Shown: in pieces, positions 19,428-28,101 of the stretch
How the letters are laid out: each line of letters begins with the position of its first letter
Position numbering within the stretch: the stretch's first letter is position 1
Source of the DNA: Myxococcota bacterium
GTDB lineage: Bacteria > Myxococcota_A > UBA9160 > UBA4427
Assembly: GCA_965250285.1 (NCBI GenBank)
Contig: OZ252299.1
Coordinates: forward strand, 6,112,001 to 6,176,000
DNA: 64,000 nucleotides
Direction of reading: 5' to 3'
Translations under genes and position numbers: made by a program
The notes under the pieces: generated by a model
The model's input: only the letters and a program-made list of their open reading frames with translations
The model's database searches: none
Told to the model about the DNA's origin: nothing

Positions 19428-21857
19428 ATGCGCGTGATCGGGCACGTCTTCGTGGCGCTGGCGACCCTCGTGGTCGGCCCGGTCGCGCTCGTCGCCGCGC
19501 TTGCGCGACCCCAATGGCGCGCGGGTCTCCTCGAGCGACTCACGCCGCCGAAGCGCTTGGACGAGCGCCCGATCTGGATCCACGCCGCGAGCCTCGGCGA
19601 GGCCGCCGCCGCGCTGCCGCTGATCGAAGCGGTGCGCGGGAGCCACCCGTCGCTGCTGCTGACCACGCAAACGATCGCCGGCCGCGACTGGCTGAGGGCC
19701 CGCTGCCCCGACGTCGCCTGTCGGCTCGCGCCCCTCGATCACCCCTGGCTCGCGGGCCTCGCCGTAAGGCGAGTGCGGTCGCGCGCGCTCGTGCTCGTCG
19801 AGACCGAGGTCTGGCCTGCGCTCGTGGCGGCGGCCGAGCGCGCGGGCGTGCCCGTGGTCGTGGTCTCCGGCCGGCTCTCGGATCGCGCGTTTCACCGACA
19901 GCACGAGATCGCGCCATTCTTTACACGCACGTTCGCGCGACTCACCGCCGTGGGGGCGCGCACCGAGGTCGATGCCGGGCGCTTCGTGAAGCTCGGTACG
20001 CCCGCCGATCGCGTGCAGGTGACCGGCGACCTCAAGTGGGCGAAGTCGGGGGATCGTGAGCCGGTCGCGCCCGAGATCCTGAACTGGATGGCGCGTCGCC
20101 CGACGATCGTACTCGGCAGCGTGCACCTCGACGAAGCAGGCGAACTGCTCGCCGCGATGCGCGCCGTCGCCTCGACCGGCCGCGAGGTGCAGTGGCTCTG
20201 GGCTCCGCGCGACCTCGAAGCGGTCGAGCCGCTGCTTCGTCGCTTCGCGAGCGAAGGGGTGCGCGCGCGTCGGCGTACGGCGCTGGCAGCGGAAGCCTCG
20301 ACCGACGCCGAGCGCTCCGATCGCGCCGACGTCGTCGTGCTCGACACGCTGGGCGAGCTGCCCTCGGTCTGGCCGCACGGCCTGATCGCCGTGGTCGGTG
20401 GCACGTTCGGGGCCACCGGCGGCCACGACCCGATCGAGCCGCTGCGTGCCGGTCGGCCGGTGCTCGTCGGCCCGCACACGGCCAACGTCGCCGAGGTCGT
20501 CGCGGCGCTCGTCTCGGCCGATGCGGCGATCCAGGTCGCCGACGGAGCTCGACTCGGTGCGGAGATCGCACGCCTGCTCGACGCGACCCGGGAGCGCGCC
20601 GACCGCGTGGCGCGGGGCACCGCGCTGATCGAGGCCGGTCGCGCCGCCCTCGATGCGAACGTCCGACTCGTGCTCGAAGCCGCGCGCGCATCCGCGGCAG
20701 GTCGGCGCGCGCTGGCGCCCGAGGTCGTCGCCACGGCTGCGCCTTCCGGCCTCTACGCCCGAACGGGTCCACACGGGGCGGCGTCGGTCCGACCCCTCTC
20801 ATGGCTCGCTTCGGCCTTCTACGCGCTCGGCGCGCGCATCGACCGGCGTACGCGGCGCTTCGGCCGCCGGCCCGCACGCCGCCTGCCCTGCGCGGTCGTG
20901 TCGATCGGCAGCTGGGTGGTCGGCGGTGCGGCGAAGACGCCCGCGACGATCGGTCTCGCTCGCGCCCTGCGCGACCGTGGGCATCGCGTCGCGGTGATCA
21001 CTCGGGGCCACGGCGTGCGGCTCGGAAGGCACCGTGTCGAGATCGCATCCCACGGCACCGGGGCCTGTGCGCGGGCCGCTCTAGTCGGAGACGAAGCGGT
21101 GGTCATCGCGCGCGAGACCCGCGGTGTGCCGGTGCTCGTCTCACGCGATCGGCATCGCGCCGGCATGCTCGCGGTCGTCGAGTTCGGCTGCGACGTCGTC
21201 CTGCTCGACGATGCGCATCAGCACTACGCATTGCACCGCGACCTCGATCTCGTGTGCCTCGACGCCGAGATCGGTCTCGGCAATGGGCGCGTGCTGCCGG
21301 CGGGGCCCCTGCGCGAGTCGAAGCGCAGCTGGAAGCGTGCCGACGCGCTGATCGTGACCGGGGGGGGGCTGCGCGCCGAAGACGCGCGGCTCGTCGATGC
21401 CCATGCGCCGGGCCTGCGTCGCTTCAAGGCCGAGCGACGGGTGCGTGGCTGGCGCGATCTGCGTTCGGGCAAGCGCGTCGCGCCCGATGCGCTCGAGGGG
21501 CGCACGGTCGGGTTGCTCGCCGCGTTGGCCGATCCCGCGAGCGTGCGCGCGCTCGCCGAGCGCCACGGCGTCGACATCGGCCACGCCCTCGTGCGCCGCG
21601 ATCATCACCGCTGGCGGCGGCGGGAGATCGAGGGGCTGGGCGAGACGAATCGCCTGTGGATCACGACCGAGAAGGACGCGGCGAAGATCGATCCCGATTG
21701 GGTCGAGCCGGGGGTCGGCGTGTACGTGCTCGAGCTCGACTGGGTCTCGGCCGACTGGCCGTCGCTGCCGCACTTCGTCGAGGTGCGCTGCGGCCTCGCG
21801 CCGCGGGCGGCGAACCCACCCCGTCAGTCGTCGGACGCTGCGATCGAGTCGGCGTAG
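19428..21857 (+). CDS. waaA-lpxK: Fused Kdo transferase (WaaA/KdtA) - tetraacyldisaccharide 4'-kinase (LpxK)
   Basis: N-half: IWIHAASLGE, VETEVWP, VTGDLK, DTLGEL, GGHDPIEP. C-half: GGAAKTP, GDEA, LLDDAHQH, LPAGPLRE, TTEKDAAK. Single uninterrupted frame. Confidence 0.85.
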   Translation: MRVIGHVFVALATLVVGPVALVAALARPQWRAGLLERLTPPKRLDERPIWIHAASLGEAAAALPLIEAVRGSHPSLLLTTQTIAGRDWLRARCPDVACRLAPLDHPWLAGLAVRRVRSRALVLVETEVWPALVAAAERAGVPVVVVSGRLSDRAFHRQHEIAPFFTRTFARLTAVGARTEVDAGRFVKLGTPADRVQVTGDLKWAKSGDREPVAPEILNWMARRPTIVLGSVHLDEAGELLAAMRAVASTGREVQWLWAPRDLEAVEPLLRRFASEGVRARRRTALAAEASTDAERSDRADVVVLDTLGELPSVWPHGLIAVVGGTFGATGGHDPIEPLRAGRPVLVGPHTANVAEVVAALVSADAAIQVADGARLGAEIARLLDATRERADRVARGTALIEAGRAALDANVRLVLEAARASAAGRRALAPEVVATAAPSGLYARTGPHGAASVRPLSWLASAFYALGARIDRRTRRFGRRPARRLPCAVVSIGSWVVGGAAKTPATIGLARALRDRGHRVAVITRGHGVRLGRHRVEIASHGTGACARAALVGDEAVVIARETRGVPVLVSRDRHRAGMLAVVEFGCDVVLLDDAHQHYALHRDLDLVCLDAEIGLGNGRVLPAGPLRESKRSWKRADALIVTGGGLRAEDARLVDAHAPGLRRFKAERRVRGWRDLRSGKRVAPDALEGRTVGLLAALADPASVRALAERHGVDIGHALVRRDHHRWRRREIEGLGETNRLWITTEKDAAKIDPDWVEPGVGVYVLELDWVSADWPSLPHFVEVRCGLAPRAANPPRQSSDAAIESA

Positions 21858-22627
21858 GCCGCTTCGAGCGCAGGCCACGCCCCCTTCGCGAGCCCCGCGA
21901 TCGCCGGGCGACGCGCGATCGAGCGTGCGAGGCGGGCGAGCTCGCGGCGGCGGCGAGCCAGCGACGGCGCGGCGCCGATCCGCGCGCCCTGCAGATCGAT
22001 CACGCGCACCGGGGCGTCGCCCGGCGGCACCAGCAGGTTGGTGATCGCGAGGTCGGCGTGGCGCGCGCCGGTGTCGTGAAATCGTCGGATCGCTTCGCCG
22101 CAGCGTCGGGCGAGCGCGGTCACTGCGGCCGCATCGCGCGCGCCGGCGCGCTCGAGGGCGGTGGCGCCGTCGACCGCGTCGGCCACGAAGGCCGTGCCGA
22201 CGAGCGCGAGCCATCCGGCGCCCTGTCGCACGCCCGCCGCGACGACCGGCTCGAGCACCGGGGCGCCGCGCGCGCGCAGCGCCGCCGTCACGTCGATCTC
22301 GTCGCGGGCGCGGGCGAATCTCGGCACGCGACCCCCGAAGAGGGGCGCCAGGACGCCGCCCTTGAGCACCCGCTTGATCAGCACCTGGCCGATCGGCGTT
22401 TCGATCACCCGGGTCGCGGCGCGCCCCGCGCGTCGGCTCGGGTCCGGCTCGAGCGAGCGCACCAGTGCGCGCAGATGCGCCGCATCGTCGAAGCCGAGGC
22501 GCCGCAGGGCCGCTGCATAGTCGGTGGTCACGTGCAGATGCAGCCCGGCCCGCTGCGTCGTCTCGAAGGCGAGCGGCGGTGCGGCGGCCGGGTCGCGGCG
22601 GGCGGGATCGATCGGCGGAGCGTGCAC
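21824..22627 (-). CDS. Kdo/WaaP/InaA-family lipopolysaccharide kinase
   Basis: GRAAT, LIKRVLKGG, RARDE, FHDTGARHADLAITNLL, VIDL, LARLARS; start placed at GTG 22627. Confidence 0.75.
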   Translation of the reverse strand: MHAPPIDPARRDPAAAPPLAFETTQRAGLHLHVTTDYAAALRRLGFDDAAHLRALVRSLEPDPSRRAGRAATRVIETPIGQVLIKRVLKGGVLAPLFGGRVPRFARARDEIDVTAALRARGAPVLEPVVAAGVRQGAGWLALVGTAFVADAVDGATALERAGARDAAAVTALARRCGEAIRRFHDTGARHADLAITNLLVPPGDAPVRVIDLQGARIGAAPSLARRRRELARLARSIARRPAIAGLAKGAWPALEAAYADSIAASDD

Positions 22628-22810
22628 GGGCGAGAATCTAATCCGCTGGCGGGCTCGCCGACCATCCTCGCGCTGCGCCGGGCAGTGGGTCGTTCGGCGA
22701 GCCGGGGCGATCGCGCGCGCGGCAGCGAGGTATCCTCGGCAGGGCGCGACCCCCGGGCCGGGCTGACGGCTCCTCGTCGGTCCCCGGGGCCCGAGACCGA
22801 GAGGCGCGTC

Positions 22811-23938
22811 ATCCCCGACCTGTCCCCGCACGACGAACCCGAAGCCCGCGCCGCGCCGATCCGGCCGGCGCCGCCGCGATGGCTCGTGGTGCGCCTGGGC
22901 GCGTTCGGTGACGTCGTGCGGACGCTCCCGGCCGCGTGGGCGTTGCGACGCGCGTGGCCCGACGCGCACCTCGCCTGGCTCGTCGAGCCGGGCGCGGCGC
23001 CCCTGCTCGAGCGACTGCCCTGGCTCGACGAGGTGATCGTGTTTCCACGGCCCGCGCTCGAGCGGGCGCTCGAAGGGCGCCGCGCCGGCGAGCTCCTGTC
23101 GAGCCTCGGCGGCTTTCGCGCCGCGTTGCGTGCGCGGCGTTTCGACGGGGTCGTCGACTTTCACGGCATTCTGAAGAGCGGCGTGTTGGCGTGGCAGAGT
23201 GGAGCGCCACGCCGGGTCGGTCCGGCGGGCGCGGCGGCGCGCGAAGGGGCTGCGTTCTTCTACACCGAGGGCGTTCGCCTGCCGAGCGCGACGTGCTCGC
23301 GTTTCGAGCGCAACGCCGTGATCGCGCGGGCGCTCGGCGCGCGGGTCGACGGCACTCGGGTGCCCGGGCTCGCCGATGGGGGCGGGTCACGCGGGACACA
23401 CGCGGTCCTTCACCCGGGCACGAGCCCTGGCACGCCCTACAAGCGTTGGCCGGTCGAACGTTTCGTCGAGCTTGCGCGTCGCCTCGAAGCCGAGCTCGGC
23501 GCGCCCTGTCTCGTGACGTGCGGTGTCGACGACACCGAACGGGCCGACGCCGAGGCGCTCGTGGCGGCGGCGGGCGGCGCCGCGCGCATCGCGCCGACCG
23601 AGGGGGACATCGGTGCGTTGATCGAGGCGCTCGCTGCCGCGCGCTTGGTGGTGAGCGGTGATACCGGGCCGCTGCATCTCGCATCGCTCGTCGGCACGCC
23701 CGTCGTGCAGATCCTCGGGCCGACGCACCCGGTGCAGAACGAGCCCTGGGTCGAGACGCCATGGGCTCGGGCCCATCTGCCGCTGCCGTGCAGCCCGTGT
23801 CGAAACGGTTGCGAGGCGGCCCCGTGTCTTCGACAGCTGCCGGTGTCGGACGTGATCGACGCGGTCCGCCGGGTGCTCAGCGCCGCCGCCGCGCGCCCGT
23901 CCGAGCCGGATGCGCTGCGGATCGGAGCGCTGCGATGA
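22811..23938 (+). CDS. Glycosyltransferase family 9 (heptosyltransferase-like)
   Basis: VVRLGAFGDVVRTLPA, VDFHGILKSG, LHPG, KRWP, SGDTGPLHLA, LPCSPC; 3' part of the 20192..23938 ORF, start uncertain (latest plausible GTG 22886). Confidence 0.85.
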   Translation: MPDLSPHDEPEARAAPIRPAPPRWLVVRLGAFGDVVRTLPAAWALRRAWPDAHLAWLVEPGAAPLLERLPWLDEVIVFPRPALERALEGRRAGELLSSLGGFRAALRARRFDGVVDFHGILKSGVLAWQSGAPRRVGPAGAAAREGAAFFYTEGVRLPSATCSRFERNAVIARALGARVDGTRVPGLADGGGSRGTHAVLHPGTSPGTPYKRWPVERFVELARRLEAELGAPCLVTCGVDDTERADAEALVAAAGGAARIAPTEGDIGALIEALAAARLVVSGDTGPLHLASLVGTPVVQILGPTHPVQNEPWVETPWARAHLPLPCSPCRNGCEAAPCLRQLPVSDVIDAVRRVLSAAAARPSEPDALRIGALR

Positions 23939-25017
23939 CGCGCGCGCCGCTGCGCGATGCCCGGCGGATCGTCGTTCGCATGCCGAACTGGCTCGGCGAC
24001 GTCGTCATGGCGACGCCGGGGCTGCGCGCCCTGCGGCGCCACGCGCCCGACGCTCACATCAGTGTGCAGCTGCCGGGTGTACTCGCGCCGCTCCTCGAGG
24101 GCAGTCCGCACGTCGACGCGATCGTCGCGATGGATGGGCGACCGCAGGGCGTTCGCGCGTTGCGACGCGAAGCGCGGCGTCTGCGTGCGGCCGGGCCCTT
24201 CGACTACGGCGTCTGCCTGCCCGAGAGCTTCTCTTCGGCTTTGCTGCTGCGCTGGGCCGGCGTGCGTCGTGTCGGCGGCTTCGCACGCGGCGGGCGCTCG
24301 GTGCTGATGCACGATGCGATCGAGGCCCCCCGGCATTGGGGGCGGCGTCGACTGGTCGCGAGAGAGATCTTCGTCACGACATTGCTCGAAGCCCTCGGTT
24401 GTCCCGACGACGGGACGGCGCTCGAGCTGCATGCGACCGCGGCGGCGACGCGCGAGGCCGGTCGGCTGCTCGGCGCGACTGATCCGAGCGGTTCGATCGT
24501 CGGCTTCGCGCCGGGCGCCTCGTTCGGCCCTTCGAAGCAGTGGCCCGAGGCTTCGTTCGCCGCGCTGGCCGATCGCTTCGCGGCGCGCGGCGACGTCGTC
24601 GTGTGGCTGGGCGCCGCGTCGGAGCGCCCCCTCGTCGAGCGCATTCGCGGGCAGATGCGCGGCGAGAGCCGTTCGCTCGTCGGCGATACGCCGCTCGGCG
24701 TGCTGGCCGCGCTGATGCAGCGCCTCGATCTGCTCGTCTGCAACGACGCGGGGGCGCGTCACGTCGCGGTTGCGAGTGGGGCACCGGTCGTCGTGTTCAT
24801 GGGGCCGACCGCCCTCGAGAAGACGGCCGAGAACCTCGAGCGGGTCGTCGTGTTGACCCACGACGTGGCGTGCCGGCCCTGCTACCAACGCGTGTGCCCG
24901 ATCGACCATGGTTGCATGACCGGCATCACGCCGGGCCATGCCTGGGAGGCGGCCAAAAGGCTGTGCGCGCCGCCGGCCGTCCGCGGCGCCGGCGCGAGCG
25001 CGGGGAGACTTGAATGA
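23935..25017 (+). CDS. waaF: Lipopolysaccharide heptosyltransferase II
   Basis: RMPNWLGDVVMATP, PGASFGPSKQWP, CNDAGARHVA, CRPC..RVCP.DHGCM; ATGA overlap with the upstream gene. Confidence 0.88.
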   Translation: MTRAPLRDARRIVVRMPNWLGDVVMATPGLRALRRHAPDAHISVQLPGVLAPLLEGSPHVDAIVAMDGRPQGVRALRREARRLRAAGPFDYGVCLPESFSSALLLRWAGVRRVGGFARGGRSVLMHDAIEAPRHWGRRRLVAREIFVTTLLEALGCPDDGTALELHATAAATREAGRLLGATDPSGSIVGFAPGASFGPSKQWPEASFAALADRFAARGDVVVWLGAASERPLVERIRGQMRGESRSLVGDTPLGVLAALMQRLDLLVCNDAGARHVAVASGAPVVVFMGPTALEKTAENLERVVVLTHDVACRPCYQRVCPIDHGCMTGITPGHAWEAAKRLCAPPAVRGAGASAGRLE

Positions 25018-26060
25018 GCGACCGAGACGCAAAGCCCCAGCGCTTGCGCGACGTCGTGCAGCGCTTCGAGCACCTCGAGGTTCTGGTCGTCGGCGACGTC
25101 ATGATCGATCAGTACCTGAACGGCGAGGTCGAACGCGTCAGCCCCGAAGCGCCGGTGCCCGTCGTCGCCGTGACGCACGAGACGAACGCGCTCGGTGGGG
25201 CGGGCAACGTCGTGCGCAACCTCGCCGCGCTCGGCGCCCGGCCGAAGCTCTGCTCGGTCGTCGGCGATGACGCTGAGGGGCGGCTCGTCGTCGACCTGCT
25301 GAAGGAGCTCGGGGTCGAGACGTCGGGCGTCGTCGTCGACGCCGGCCGGCCGACGACGCGCAAGACCCGCATCGTCGCTCGAGATCAGCAGATGATCCGC
25401 GCCGACCGTGAACACACAGCGCCACTTTCGACCGAAGTTGCGAGCGCCCTGGACGAGCGGCTTCGGGTGATGTTGCCGGGGGTCGATGGGGTCGCCGGCG
25501 TCGACTACGCGAAGGGCGTTCTGGCAGAAGCGGGGGCGCAGCGCCTGATCGAGCGCGCGCGAGAGATCGACGTCCCGGTCGCCGTCGATCCCAAGGGCCA
25601 TCTGGATGGCTGGGCCGGTGCTCGACTCGTGAAGCCCAACCTGGCCGAGGCGCGGGCGCTCCTCGGCGGCGACGCGAACGGGGAGCGCGACGCCCGGCGC
25701 CTCGCCCTGCGCCTGCGGGATCGTCTGCCCGGGACCGAGGTCGCGCTCACCTGCGGCGCCGCGGGCATGGTGATCCTCGGCGCCGAGGTCGGTGCCGAAC
25801 CCCGAGTGGTGCCGACGGCCTCGCTGGACGTCTACGATGTGCAGGGCGCCGGCGACACGAGTCTCGCTGCGCTCTGGCTGGCGCGACTCGCCGGCGCGAC
25901 GCTCGTCGATGCGGCGCTGCTGGCGCACGCGGCCTCGGGGGTCGCGGTCGCCAAGGTCGGCACGGCAACGGCCAGTCGGGACGAGTTGCTCGTTCGCCTC
26001 GATCCCGTGCTCGCCGCGGCGAACGAGGCGCGCTCGGGCGCGAACGGAGGAACGGGATGA
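25014..26060 (+). CDS. hldA: D-glycero-D-manno-heptose-7-phosphate kinase (HldA/RfaE1, PfkB family)
   Basis: VGDVMIDQY, RVSPEAPVPVV, GGAGNV, RPTTRKTR, DYAKG, KPN, DVQGAGDT. Confidence 0.9.
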   Translation: MSDRDAKPQRLRDVVQRFEHLEVLVVGDVMIDQYLNGEVERVSPEAPVPVVAVTHETNALGGAGNVVRNLAALGARPKLCSVVGDDAEGRLVVDLLKELGVETSGVVVDAGRPTTRKTRIVARDQQMIRADREHTAPLSTEVASALDERLRVMLPGVDGVAGVDYAKGVLAEAGAQRLIERAREIDVPVAVDPKGHLDGWAGARLVKPNLAEARALLGGDANGERDARRLALRLRDRLPGTEVALTCGAAGMVILGAEVGAEPRVVPTASLDVYDVQGAGDTSLAALWLARLAGATLVDAALLAHAASGVAVAKVGTATASRDELLVRLDPVLAAANEARSGANGGTG

Positions 26061-26950
26061 TTCGCAGCATGACCGGCTTCGGACGGTCGACGTTCCAGGT
26101 CGGACAGACGGTCTTCGAGGTCGAGATCCGCAGCGTCAATCATCGCCATCTCGATGCGCGTGTGAAGCTGCCGCGTGCGCTCGCCGACCGCGATGCCGAG
26201 GTCAAGGCCGCGATGCAGTCGCGGCTCGGCCGCGGCAAGGTCGATTGCAGTGTCTCGGTGCCGACCCAGGCGGGCGCGTTGCCCGGGCAGGTGCAGGTCG
26301 ATGCCGCCGTCGCCGAGCAGTACGTCGAAGCGGCCCGCGCGCTCGCCGAGGCGCACGCGCTGCCCGGAGAGCTCGATGCCGCGACGCTGATGGCGATGCC
26401 GGGCGTCGTGCGGGTCGCCGAGGTGGAGTGGGACACCGACGAGCTCGGCCGCGGGTTGTCGCGGGCCGTGGGTGAGGCACTCGACGCGCTCGAGGCGATG
26501 CGCGTCGCCGAAGGCGCGGCGCTCGCGCGCGAGTTCGAGGGGCGGCTCGAGCACGTGCTCGAGCTGACGGGTCAATTCGAGGCGCGCTCGGGGCTCGTCG
26601 TCGAGGCGACGAAGGAGCGCCTGCGCAAGCGCGCCGAGCAGCTGCGGCAGGAGACGGGCCAGTTCGACGATGCGCGCCTGCACCAGGAGATCGTGATCGC
26701 CGCCGACCGCCTCGACATCACCGAAGAGCTCGTGCGGCTGCGCAGCCACGTCGACCAGTTTCGCGCGATCCTCGCCGAAGGCGACGCATCGAAGCCCGTC
26801 GGCCGGCGCCTCGACTTTCTGCTGCAGGAGATGGGGCGCGAAGCGAACACCGTCGGTTCGAAGGCGAACGACGCACCGCTGGCCCACGACGTCGTCGAGC
26901 TGAAGGCCGAGCTCGAGCGGATCCGCGAGCAGGTGCAGAACGTTGAGTAG
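26057..26950 (+). CDS. yicC: YicC/YloC-family endoribonuclease
   Basis: [59 protein letters not shown]. Confidence 0.95.
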   Translation: MIRSMTGFGRSTFQVGQTVFEVEIRSVNHRHLDARVKLPRALADRDAEVKAAMQSRLGRGKVDCSVSVPTQAGALPGQVQVDAAVAEQYVEAARALAEAHALPGELDAATLMAMPGVVRVAEVEWDTDELGRGLSRAVGEALDALEAMRVAEGAALAREFEGRLEHVLELTGQFEARSGLVVEATKERLRKRAEQLRQETGQFDDARLHQEIVIAADRLDITEELVRLRSHVDQFRAILAEGDASKPVGRRLDFLLQEMGREANTVGSKANDAPLAHDVVELKAELERIREQVQNVE

Positions 26951-27302
26951 CGGCTCGACGCGCAAGTCGGGCAAGAGCGCGGCGAAATCGGCGGCCAAGG
27001 CGGCTGCCCGGCGTGCGCCCGAGCGTGCGGCGTCGATCGATGTCCCCCGCATGATCAGCATCGGCTACGGCAACCTGGTGTCGACGGGTCGCGTGATCGC
27101 CGTCGTCTCGCCGCAGTCGAACCCGATGCGGCGCCTGCGCGAAGAGGCGGGTCAGCGCGGCAAGCTGATCGACGCGACCGAGGGGCGGCGCACGCGATCG
27201 ATCCTCGTGACCGACAGCGACCACGTCATCCTGTCTGCGATCAACACAGAGACCATCGCGGCGCGCCTATCGCCCGAAGAGACCGAGGAGGGGAGTGCGT
27301 GA
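26943..27302 (+). CDS. remA: DUF370 / RemA-family protein
   Basis: ISIGYGNLV...[14 protein letters not shown]...[12 protein letters not shown]...DSDHVILSA; conserved core starts at ATG 27051. Confidence 0.88.
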   Translation: MSSGSTRKSGKSAAKSAAKAAARRAPERAASIDVPRMISIGYGNLVSTGRVIAVVSPQSNPMRRLREEAGQRGKLIDATEGRRTRSILVTDSDHVILSAINTETIAARLSPEETEEGSA

Positions 27303-27973
27303 GCGGTTCGGGTCGATCGGGGCTGGCGTTCGTCGTCGCGGCGCCGAGCGGGACGGGCAAGACCACCGTGTGCCGCGACGTCGTCGAGGGGGATCCCGGC
27401 ATCGTGCACTCGGTCTCGCACACCACGCGCAAGCCGCGCGAGGGCGAGGAGAACGGCATCCACTACCACTTCGTCGATGCCCAGACGTTTCGGCAGATGG
27501 TCGATGCAGGTGAGTTCCTCGAGCACGCCAGCTACAACGGCAATCTCTACGGAACGAGCAAGGAGGCGTTGCGCCTCGAGATGGAGGAGCGCGGGCGCGA
27601 CGTGTTGCTCGAGATCGAGGTGCAGGGCGCCCAGCAGCTGCGCGAGCACGATACCGGCGCCCGCTTCGTCTTCTTGCTCCCGCCGAGCCTCACCGAGCTG
27701 GCTCGGCGCCTGCGCGGTCGCGGCACCGACGACGAAGAGACGATCAACAAGCGCCTGGCGATCGCCGACATCGAGTTGAAGGCAGTGGAGCACTTCGACT
27801 ACGCGATCGTGAACGACGATCTTCACGCCTGCATCGCCGCCGTGAACGACATCGTCGCCGCGGAGCGCTCCGGCGACGCCGCGCGCTTGGGCGACGTCGC
27901 GTCGCGCTACGGCCGCGAGCGCGTGTGGGCCGAATGGAGCGCGACCAACGCCGACGACCTGCCGCCGGGTTGA
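27299..27973 (+). CDS. gmk: Guanylate kinase
   Basis: [44 protein letters not shown]. Confidence 0.95.
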   Translation: MSGSGRSGLAFVVAAPSGTGKTTVCRDVVEGDPGIVHSVSHTTRKPREGEENGIHYHFVDAQTFRQMVDAGEFLEHASYNGNLYGTSKEALRLEMEERGRDVLLEIEVQGAQQLREHDTGARFVFLLPPSLTELARRLRGRGTDDEETINKRLAIADIELKAVEHFDYAIVNDDLHACIAAVNDIVAAERSGDAARLGDVASRYGRERVWAEWSATNADDLPPG

Positions 27974-28037
27974 CGCGGGGGCGGTCGGCGCCGACGTCCC
28001 GCACGCCGGATCGCGCCGGGGGGCGGAATCTCGGCGT

Positions 28038-28066
28038 TTGCCGCGCGCCCGACTGGCCCGTACCCT
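28038..28066 (+). promoter_or_regulatory. Putative sigma70 promoter for spoT
   Basis: TTGCCG-N17-TACCCT about 35 nt upstream of the ATG. Confidence 0.5.
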
Positions 28067-28101
28067 AGGGCAAGTCTGCGAATCAACAGGGCTTTTGCTC
28101 A

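Noticed and set aside
20192..22810. 1248-aa ORF as a giant GT9 fusion
   Set aside because: The upstream part overlaps waaA-lpxK in another frame and the antisense kinase, and is Arg/Ala/Gly-rich without motifs; only the portion from ~22811 is credible.
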